Shown here in pieces: positions 1 to 6,512 of a stretch of DNA of 20,138 nt. This DNA is from Candidatus Eiseniibacteriota bacterium (GTDB lineage: Bacteria > Eisenbacteria > RBG-16-71-46): positions 1 to 20,138 of the forward strand of contig JBGAOA010000073.1 in the NCBI GenBank assembly GCA_044222065.1. Direction: 5' to 3'. Under the pieces are notes generated by a model that did not search any database, had not been told where the DNA came from, and saw only the letters and a list, made by a program, of their open reading frames with translations. The translations under genes and the position numbers were made by a program. Within the stretch, counting starts at the first letter, position 1, and every line of letters starts with the position of its first letter.

Positions 1-2
1 TC

Positions 3-272
3 GGCGAGCTGTCGGCGATCGAGCCCGAGCTGCTGCGCTTCGCGTGGGAGGCGGCGCCGCGCGGCACGCCGGACGAGGGCGCGACGCTCGAGGTGCGATG
101 GTGCCCCGCGCGCCAGACCTGCGAGGCGTGCGGCGTGGTCGCCGAACGCGCCGAGGGCGGCTGGCTGCGGCTCTGCCCGCGCTGCGGAGCGCCGCTGCGG
201 ATCGAGGGCGGCGACGAACTCGACCTCGAGCGCTTCCGTTACGCGGACGAGGCGCCCGCGCCGCCCGCCTGA
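3..272 (+). CDS. hypA: Hydrogenase maturation nickel metallochaperone HypA, 3' part (5' end outside window)
   Basis: Frame from nt 3 (absent from the ORF track) reads GELSAIEPELLRFAWE...CEAC...CPRCG...IEGGDELDLERF, stop TGA 270-272. Two CxxC zinc motifs and the GELS/GxEL signatures of HypA, next to hypCDE. Confidence 0.9.
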   Translation, partial: GELSAIEPELLRFAWEAAPRGTPDEGATLEVRWCPARQTCEACGVVAERAEGGWLRLCPRCGAPLRIEGGDELDLERFRYADEAPAPPA

Positions 273-277
273 GGGAT

Positions 278-321
278 TGCCGCGGAATCCGGGGCGGCCG
301 CGTCGCGCCCCCGGCGCGGCA
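278..321. terminator. GC-rich stem-loop between convergent hypA and hypE
   Basis: TGCCGCG(278-284)/CGCGGCA(315-321) outer arms, CCGGGGCG/CGCCCCCGG inner arms. No clear U-tract. Confidence 0.35.
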
Positions 322-1389
322 TCAGCAGATCCGCGGCAGCTGCTCGCCCGAGAGCATGTCCACGATGCGCGTGCCGCCGATGCGGCTGCGAAGCACGACG
401 CGCCCCGGCAGCCCCTCGACGACGCGCCCGATCGCGGCCGCCTCGCGCCCGAGCGGGTGCGCGCGCATCGCCGCGAGCGCGGCGTCCGCGCGCGATTCGG
501 CGACGAACGCGAGCAGCTTGCCCTCGTTCGCCACGTAGAGCGGATCGAGCCCGAGGATCTCGCACGCGCCGCGCACTTCCTCGGCGATCGGAATCGCCGT
601 CTCGTCGAGCTCGATGCCGACGCCCGCCGCTTCCGCGATCTCGTTCGTCGCGCTCGAGACGCCGCCGCGCGTCGGATCGCGCAGCACGTGCACCGCATCG
701 CCCGCCGCCTCGAGCAGCCGCGCGGTCAGCTCGTGCAGCGCCGCGGAATCGCTCGTCACGGCGGTGTCGAACGCGAGCCCCTCGCGCACGCTGAGGATCG
801 CGATGCCGTGCTGGGCGATCGGTCCGTTCACGAGCACGACGTCCCCGGGGCGCGCGCGCTGCGGCGCGATGTCCACGCCGTCCGGCACGCGCCCGACCCC
901 GGTCGTGTTGATGAACACGCCGTCGCCCTTGCCGCGGTCCACGACCTTCGTGTCGCCCGCGACGATCGGCACGCCGGCGGCGGCCGCCGCGGCGCCCATC
1001 GAGGTCACGATGCGCCACAGCTCGTCCATCGGCAGGCCTTCCTCGATCACGAAGCCGGCGGTGAGCGCGAACGGGCGCGCGCCGCACATCGCGAGGTCGT
1101 TCACCGTGCCGTGCACGGCCAGCGAGCCGATGTCGCCGCCGGGGAAGAAGCGCGGGCTCACGACGAACGAATCGGTCGTCACGGCGATGCGCGCGCCGCC
1201 GGTCTCGAGCACGGCGCCGTCGTGCAGCCGCGCGAGCGCGGGATTCGCGAACGCCGCGGCGAAGACGCGCTCGATGAGCGCGTGCGTGAGCCGTCCGCCG
1301 CCGCCGTGAGCGAGCAGGACGTGCGGGTACTCGGCGATCGGGATGGGACAGGCGGCGCCCTCGAACGACGGCGCGTTCGGGCCGCTCAC
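322..1389 (-). CDS. hypE: Hydrogenase maturation carbamoyl dehydratase HypE
   Basis: C-terminal 355 aa of ORF 322..2973: [56 protein letters not shown], terminal PRIC. GTG start overlaps the hypD stop (GTGA). Confidence 0.96.
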   Translation of the reverse strand: MSGPNAPSFEGAACPIPIAEYPHVLLAHGGGGRLTHALIERVFAAAFANPALARLHDGAVLETGGARIAVTTDSFVVSPRFFPGGDIGSLAVHGTVNDLAMCGARPFALTAGFVIEEGLPMDELWRIVTSMGAAAAAAGVPIVAGDTKVVDRGKGDGVFINTTGVGRVPDGVDIAPQRARPGDVVLVNGPIAQHGIAILSVREGLAFDTAVTSDSAALHELTARLLEAAGDAVHVLRDPTRGGVSSATNEIAEAAGVGIELDETAIPIAEEVRGACEILGLDPLYVANEGKLLAFVAESRADAALAAMRAHPLGREAAAIGRVVEGLPGRVVLRSRIGGTRIVDMLSGEQLPRIC

Positions 1390-2474
1390 GCGTGCCTCTT
1401 GAAGTGCCAGTACGCGGCGCACGCGCCCTCGCTCGAGACCATCGGGGCGCCGAGCGGACGCTCGGGCGTGCAGCGGACGCCGAACGCGGGACACTCGTTC
1501 GGCTTGCGATGGCCGCGCAGGATGAGCCCCGCGATGCACTCCGCGGACTCGGTCGCGGTGACGTCGGTGACGGCGAAGCGACGCTCGGCGTCGAAGGCCG
1601 CGAAGCGCTCGCGCAGCCGCAGTCCGCTCGAGGGAATCGTGCCGAAGCCGCGCCACGCGCGATCGCAGGTCTCGAACACTTCGTCCACGAGCTCCTGGGC
1701 GCGCACGTTTCCGCGCTCGGTCACGGCGCGCGTGTACTGGTTCTCGACGCCGTGGCGTCCGTCCTCGAGCGCCTGCACCGCGAGCTGGATGCCGTGCGCG
1801 AGGTCGAGCGGCTCGAAGCCCGTCACGACGATCGGGATGCGGTGGCGTTCCGCGATCGCGTGGTACTGCGCGTAGCCCATGACGGCGCAGACGTGGCCCG
1901 CGGCGAGGAACGCCTGCACGCGGTGGTCCGGCGCGCCGAGCAGCGCCTCCATCGCCGGCGGCACGAGCACGTGCGAGACGAGCACGCTGAAGTTCGCGAC
2001 GCCGAGCTTCTCCGCCTGCCACACGGCCATCGCGTTCGCCGGCGCCGTCGTCTCGAAGCCGACCGCGAAGAACACGACCTCGCGATCCGGGTGCTTGCGC
2101 GCGAGCGTCACGGCGTCGAGCGGGGAGTAGACCATGCGCACGTCGCCGCCCGCGGCCTTCACGCTCAGGAGGTCGGTGCGCGAGCCCGGCACGCGCAGCA
2201 TGTCGCCGAACGACGTGAAGATCGTGCCCGGCCGCTTCGCGATCTCGATCGCTCGGTCGATCTGCTCGAGCGGCGTCACGCACACCGGGCAGCCGGGACC
2301 GTGCACGAGCGTGATCTCGTCCGGCAGCAGCCGGTCGAGTCCCGACTTGATGAGCGTGTGGGTCTGCCCGCCGCAGATTTCCATAAGCGTCCACGGCCGC
2401 GTCACCGTGCGGCGGATCGCGTTCACGAACGCCTGCGTGTCGGCGGCGTTGCGGTATTCGTCCACGAAGCGCAT
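1386..2474 (-). CDS. hypD: Hydrogenase maturation protein HypD
   Basis: [26 protein letters not shown]-terminal Cys cluster and SSEGACAAY. Confidence 0.97.
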   Translation of the reverse strand: MRFVDEYRNAADTQAFVNAIRRTVTRPWTLMEICGGQTHTLIKSGLDRLLPDEITLVHGPGCPVCVTPLEQIDRAIEIAKRPGTIFTSFGDMLRVPGSRTDLLSVKAAGGDVRMVYSPLDAVTLARKHPDREVVFFAVGFETTAPANAMAVWQAEKLGVANFSVLVSHVLVPPAMEALLGAPDHRVQAFLAAGHVCAVMGYAQYHAIAERHRIPIVVTGFEPLDLAHGIQLAVQALEDGRHGVENQYTRAVTERGNVRAQELVDEVFETCDRAWRGFGTIPSSGLRLRERFAAFDAERRFAVTDVTATESAECIAGLILRGHRKPNECPAFGVRCTPERPLGAPMVSSEGACAAYWHFKRHA

Positions 2475-2498
2475 GCGCGGGTCTCCGGTCCGGGGCCG

Positions 2499-2756
2499 CT
2501 ACTCCGGCTGGGGCACGTCCAGCTCGGCCAGCTCGCCCATGCCTCGCAGCACCTCGAACACCTCGAGCGCCTCGGCTTCGGCGATCTTCGAGATCGCGAA
2601 CCCGACGTGCACGACGACGTACTCCCCGGGCGCCACGTCGGGCACGTAGGCGAGGCAGACCTGCTTGCGGATCCCGGCGAAGTTCACGATGCCCGTCGTC
2701 ATGCCGAGTTCGTTCGGCTCGACGGTCTCGACCTTGCCCGGCACGCCGAGGCACAT
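2499..2756 (-). CDS. hypC: Hydrogenase maturation chaperone HypC/HupF family
   Basis: [10 protein letters not shown]-terminus with Cys2, VHVGFAI motif, 85 aa, GGGGAG ribosome-binding site upstream. Confidence 0.96.
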   Translation of the reverse strand: MCLGVPGKVETVEPNELGMTTGIVNFAGIRKQVCLAYVPDVAPGEYVVVHVGFAISKIAEAEALEVFEVLRGMGELAELDVPQPE

Positions 2757-2889
2757 GGCGGAACTCTCCCCGAGGAACCGGCCCGCGCGTGACGGGCCGC
2801 TGGAGTGAGGATCGCGCCGGGCGGCCGCCCCGGCGCGGCCCCAGCATACGACCGGAACGCGCCGCCGTCTCCCCGGGACCGGGAATCCG

Positions 2890-2918
2890 TTGCCCGCGAC
2901 CCGGCCCGGCTCTAAAGT
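2890..2918 (+). promoter_or_regulatory. Putative sigma70-type promoter for the 3003..3416 gene
   Basis: TTGCCC-N17-TAAAGT in the divergent intergenic region. Confidence 0.5.
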
Positions 2919-3002
2919 CGGCGCGTCGCCGACGGCGAGCGCGCCATGGAGGCCGCGTCCGAGGCGACGGCACGGTCGCGCGATGGGCGCGGGAGGTTCC
3001 TC

Positions 3003-3416
3003 ATGTCGAGCCAGAAACTGGTGCGCTGCGAGATCCGTCGCCGGGGAGACGCCGGGCCGGGCTCCGCGCGCTTCATTCCGCTCGAGATCTTCGGGCTGTG
3101 GGAATACCTGATGTCCACGAAGCACGACTTCGAGATCGTGAACCCGCGCGCGTCGCTGTGGCTCGACATGGAGGATTCCCCGGCCGCGGCCTACGGGGAC
3201 AACCAGTACGAACGCGTCACCGAGATCTCCGCGTTCGTCTACTCGGGCCGCGACGACATGTTCAGCCGCGCCTGCCGTTACTTCCGCTCGGACGAGTGCG
3301 AGCGCCTCAAGGAAATCTTCCTCTCGCACTACGAGCAGGGTCCCGACCGCCCGCACCCGACGCACGTGCGCGAGCGACAGGGGATCTGGCTCATCCGGGA
3401 GGGCGCGGCCGTCTGA
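3003..3416 (+). CDS. Hypothetical protein, 137 aa
   Basis: ATG 3003 preceded by GGGAGG, GC3-rich codons, globular composition (PLEIFGLWEYLM, WLDMED, RYFRSD), terminator downstream. No family recognised. Confidence 0.8.
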   Translation: MSSQKLVRCEIRRRGDAGPGSARFIPLEIFGLWEYLMSTKHDFEIVNPRASLWLDMEDSPAAAYGDNQYERVTEISAFVYSGRDDMFSRACRYFRSDECERLKEIFLSHYEQGPDRPHPTHVRERQGIWLIREGAAV

Positions 3417-3433
3417 GTCGCGCCGCGTTTTCG

Positions 3434-3474
3434 ACGGGGCCTCCGCCTTCCAGCGGGGGCCCCGTGGCGTTTTG
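3434..3474 (+). terminator. Rho-independent terminator candidate
   Basis: 13-bp stem ACGGGGCCTCCGC/GCGGGGGCCCCGT, loop CTTCCA, followed by GGCGTTTTG. Confidence 0.65.
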
Positions 3475-3516
3475 AGCGCGGTCGTGCGGCCCGCCCGATC
3501 CGAGCGAAATTGCGGG

Positions 3517-3544
3517 TCAAGCTCCACGGAGCCGGCGCCGATAA
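3517..3544 (+). promoter_or_regulatory. Sigma28 (FliA/SigD/WhiG)-type promoter upstream of mglA
   Basis: TCAAG-N15-GCCGATAA. Perfect sigma28 -10 box, same architecture as the site at 9068. Confidence 0.7.
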
Positions 3545-3765
3545 GTGCGTAGGACAGCAGGCGCGGAACTCATCGCGTCGGGCACGACGCCCGCCGTCGA
3601 GCGCAGGCAACGAGTTTCGCGACCCCATCCGGCGCACGGGCCGAGTCGAGCTCCGCTCGCTTCGGCTTCGGGCGTCCTCAGATTCCCCGTGGAGAAAGGG
3701 CGGCAAGGGGCTCCGTGGGACTCGATTCTGCGACAGGGTGGGGTCGCTCCTAGGAGGATACGACC

Positions 3766-4914
3766 GTGGTCGTCGTCAGCTATTCGGGCAAGGAGATCAA
3801 CGCCAAGCTGGTCTACTACGGCGCCGGCTTGAGCGGTAAGACCACGAACCTCGAGTCCATCTACGAAGCGGTGCCCGACACGAGCCGCGGCAAGATGGTC
3901 AGCATGAAGACGCAGTCGGATCGAACGCTGTTCTTCGATCTGCTCCCGCTCGATCTCGGCGAGATCATGGGATTCAAGACGCGCTTCCTGCTCTACACCG
4001 TCCCCGGCCAGGTGTTCTACAACGCCACGCGAAAGCTCGTGCTGAAGGGCGCGGACGCGATCGTGTTCGTCGCCGACTCCGAAGTCGGCAAGATGGAGGA
4101 GAATCGCGACTCGCTCGCGAACCTCAAGGCGAACCTCGCCGAGTACGGCGTCAACCTCGACTCCCTGCCGTGGGTGATCCAGTACAACAAGCGCGACCTG
4201 CCGAACGTGTACTCGCTCGAGGAGCTGAACGCCGAGTTGAACCCGGGCGGCAAGGTGCCGTTCTTCGAGGCCGTCGCGAAGGACGGCAAGGGCGTGTTCG
4301 AGACCTTCCGCGGGATCTCTCACCTGCTCATGGAGAAGGTGACGAAGGACCTGCGCCGCGGACCGCAACAGACGCCGATGGCGCCGAGCGCCGTCGCCTC
4401 GCAGGCGACCGCGATGCCGGCGACACCCGCTCCCGCCGCGGCCCCGCCCGTGATGCCCGCCGCTCCGATGTCGGCCGCGTTCCCCGCCGCGCCGGCTCCC
4501 GCCGTTCCGAAGCCCGCCGCGCCTCCCGCCCCGACGCTCAAGCCCGCAGCACTCCCGCACACGCCGGTCGCTCCGGCGCGCGAGCCGGTGCACGCCGAGA
4601 ACTCGGGTCCGGACTACGGACGCGAACTCGAGTTGCCGGGAGAGGCGCGCACGGCTCCGGCGCCCGCTCCGAAGCTCACGCCGGTCGTGACGCCGGCCGC
4701 CGGCGTCTCCGCCGCGGTGCAGGCGCAGGTGGCGGCGGTGCTCGACCAGGCCGCGATGCCGGCGCCGCCGGTGCACGCGGCGCAGCCCGCGCCCGCGGCC
4801 GTCGCGCCCCACGCGCCGACGCGCTCGAACGACGAAGTCGTGGTGCCGGTCACGCTCAAGGGCAAGGTCGCCCACGAGATCGTGCTCCGCATCGTCCTCA
4901 AGGTCGAAGACTGA
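3766..4914 (+). CDS. mglA: MglA-family small Ras-like GTPase with Pro/Ala-rich C-terminal extension
   Basis: KEINAKLVYYGAGLSGKTTNL, DRTLFFDLLPL, LYTVPGQV, NKRD, EAVA. GTG start with AGGAGG ribosome-binding site. Confidence 0.9.
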   Translation: MVVVSYSGKEINAKLVYYGAGLSGKTTNLESIYEAVPDTSRGKMVSMKTQSDRTLFFDLLPLDLGEIMGFKTRFLLYTVPGQVFYNATRKLVLKGADAIVFVADSEVGKMEENRDSLANLKANLAEYGVNLDSLPWVIQYNKRDLPNVYSLEELNAELNPGGKVPFFEAVAKDGKGVFETFRGISHLLMEKVTKDLRRGPQQTPMAPSAVASQATAMPATPAPAAAPPVMPAAPMSAAFPAAPAPAVPKPAAPPAPTLKPAALPHTPVAPAREPVHAENSGPDYGRELELPGEARTAPAPAPKLTPVVTPAAGVSAAVQAQVAAVLDQAAMPAPPVHAAQPAPAAVAPHAPTRSNDEVVVPVTLKGKVAHEIVLRIVLKVED

Positions 4915-4932
4915 CGAACCTTTGCAATCCTC

Positions 4933-4978
4933 GAAACCCGCGCGCCGGTTCGACGTTGACAGTCCGGGCGCGGGTTTC
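4933..4978. repeat. Inverted repeat overlapping the downstream promoter (mglA terminator or operator)
   Basis: GAAACCCGCGC...GCGCGGGTTTC 11-bp perfect arms plus CCGG/CCGG inner pairing. Confidence 0.6.
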
Positions 4979-4984
4979 TAGCTT
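4956..4984 (+). promoter_or_regulatory. Sigma70-type promoter, probably giving a leaderless mRNA
   Basis: TTGACA-N17-TAGCTT with 7 nt to ATG 4992 and no Shine-Dalgarno. Confidence 0.7.
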
Positions 4985-4991
4985 TCCGCAC

Positions 4992-5456
4992 ATGACTCGA
5001 CTCCGCCCGGTTGTCGCGCTCGCCGCTGTCGTGACGTGTCTCGCCGTCCTCTCCGCGCCCGTGCGCGCCTCCGAGAACGGCTTCCAGGCGCTCGGCGGCG
5101 CGTACGCGCCGACGGTGCCCGTGAGCGCCTTCAGCGCTCCGATGCAGTGGTTCGATCCTTCGCGGCTGCACGTCACGACCACGGTCGCGATGGGCACGGG
5201 CTTCACGGGCGGCGCGGCCGGACTCCAGACCACGAGCTTCGACTACCGTTTCAAGGCGCCGGTCGCGATGCGCGTGAGCCTCGGCAACGCCTTCGGCAAC
5301 GGCTCCTTCTCGAGCGCGAAGGGCTTCTTCCTCCAGGGCCTCGACCTCGCCTGGCAGCCGAGCGCCTCGACGGTGTTCCAGGTCCGCTTCCAGAACGTCC
5401 GCTCGCCGCTCCAGTTCTCGAGCGACGCGACCGTCCGGCCGTACTGGGGCTACTGA
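4992..5456 (+). CDS. Hypothetical secreted or outer-membrane beta-strand protein, 154 aa
   Basis: Signal peptide MTRLRPVVALAAVVTCLAVLSAPVRA, alternating beta-strand patterns (LDLAWQP, VFQVRFQ), aromatic C-terminus. It is the C-terminal part of ORF 4170..5456. Confidence 0.8.
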   Translation: MTRLRPVVALAAVVTCLAVLSAPVRASENGFQALGGAYAPTVPVSAFSAPMQWFDPSRLHVTTTVAMGTGFTGGAAGLQTTSFDYRFKAPVAMRVSLGNAFGNGSFSSAKGFFLQGLDLAWQPSASTVFQVRFQNVRSPLQFSSDATVRPYWGY

Positions 5457-5469
5457 GCCCGGCTCCCGC

Positions 5470-6255
5470 GTGAGCCGCCTCTCCGGCGCGTTCTCCGCCG
5501 CGCGCGGCCGCACCGGACTCATCCCGTTCCTGACGGCGGGCTACCCGTCGCTCGACGCCTCGCTCGAGCTGATGCGCGCGTTCGCCGAGGCCGGCGCGCT
5601 CGCGATCGAAGTCGGCGTGCCGTTCTCGGATCCGATCGCCGACGGCCCCGACATCCAGCGCGCTTCCGAGTGGTCGCTCTCCCACGGCGGCGGGTTGGAC
5701 CCGGCGCTCGAGCTCGTGCGGCGCTTCCGCGCCTCGTCGGACGTGCCGGTCGTGCTGATGACGTACCTCAATCCCGTCGTGCGGAAGGGACCCGACGCCT
5801 TCGCGCGCGCCGCAGCCGAATCGGGCGCGGACGGCGTCCTCGTCTCCGACCTGCCGCCGGACGAGGCGCCCGAGGTGTGGCGCGCCCTCGACGACGCCGC
5901 GCTCGACACCGTGACGCTCGTCGCTCCGACGACCGACGACTCGCGGTTGCCGCTCCTGCTCGCGCGCGCGCGCGGCTTCGCCTACTGCCTGTCGCGCACC
6001 GGCGTCACGGGCCGCGCGGCCGGCTACAGCGGCTCGATTCCGGATCGCGTCGCGGCGCTGCGCGCGCGCACGACGCTACCGATCGCGGTCGGCTTCGGCA
6101 TCTCGAACGCGGACGATGCGCGCGCACTCGCCGGTGTCGCCGATGCGCTCGTCGTCGGCGCCGCGTTCATGCGGGCGATCACCGAGGATCCGGAACGCGG
6201 CGCGGTGTCACGCGCGTCGCGGCTCGCGCGCGAACTGGTCGGCGCGCTCGGCTGA
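5470..6255 (+). CDS. trpA: Tryptophan synthase alpha chain
   Basis: IPFLTAGYP, IEVGVPFSDPIADGPDIQ, LMTYLNP, LVAPTT, SRTGVTG, VGFGIS. Confidence 0.96.
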   Translation: MSRLSGAFSAARGRTGLIPFLTAGYPSLDASLELMRAFAEAGALAIEVGVPFSDPIADGPDIQRASEWSLSHGGGLDPALELVRRFRASSDVPVVLMTYLNPVVRKGPDAFARAAAESGADGVLVSDLPPDEAPEVWRALDDAALDTVTLVAPTTDDSRLPLLLARARGFAYCLSRTGVTGRAAGYSGSIPDRVAALRARTTLPIAVGFGISNADDARALAGVADALVVGAAFMRAITEDPERGAVSRASRLARELVGALG

Positions 6256-6277
6256 TTCCGATTCGCCGAAAACGTTC

Positions 6278-6309
6278 GAGGCGCTTTCCCGGTCGGGGGA
6301 GAGCGCCTC
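6278..6309. terminator. Probable bidirectional terminator between trpA and the small ORF/phosphatase
   Basis: GAGGCGCTTTCCC-GGTC-GGGGGAGAGCGCCTC hairpin, T-rich flank on + (TTCGTTCGTTC) and on - (AACGTTTTCGG). Confidence 0.65.
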
Positions 6310-6346
6310 TTCGTTCGTTCGCGCGTGTTCCGGCGGTCGTCGCGGC

Positions 6347-6403
6347 TTAGCGGCGAATCCACCAGAGGAGGTCGAAGAACAGCACCACCAGGACGACGTC
6401 CAT
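6347..6403 (-). CDS. Putative 18-aa hydrophobic small protein MDVVLVVLFFDLLWWIRR
   Basis: ATG at 6403 preceded by GGAGGT with a 5-nt spacer, TAA stop, GC3-biased codons, terminator downstream. Confidence 0.6.
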   Translation of the reverse strand: MDVVLVVLFFDLLWWIRR

Positions 6404-6512
6404 GGTCCACCTCCAACGGCGAGGGGGCGCGCCCTTTCGACGCGGTCAACCGACTGCCCGACGTCCGCCCGTGGGTTGGCTTCGCGAGCGGGGGAGACGG
6501 CGGTCTGTCGCC

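Noticed and set aside
322..2973. 883-aa ORF as a single HypE fusion
   Set aside because: The N-terminal 528 codons are an off-frame Arg-rich shadow of hypC/hypD. Real hypE starts at GTG 1389.
3550..3765. c-di-GMP or other known riboswitch in the mglA leader
   Set aside because: I could not find the conserved c-di-GMP-I elements or other family signatures by eye. An Rfam scan would settle it.
3545..3832. Possible mglB upstream of mglA
   Set aside because: No roadblock-like sequence, poor codon pattern, overlaps mglA out of frame. Better explained as a leader.
4370..4830. Tandem repeat or CRISPR-like array in the mglA tail
   Set aside because: Low-complexity Pro/Ala coding with no fixed repeat unit or spacers.
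6347..6403. Trp attenuator leader (tandem TGG codons next to trpA)
   Set aside because: It lies downstream of and antisense to trpA, so it cannot attenuate it. Kept only as a small-protein candidate.
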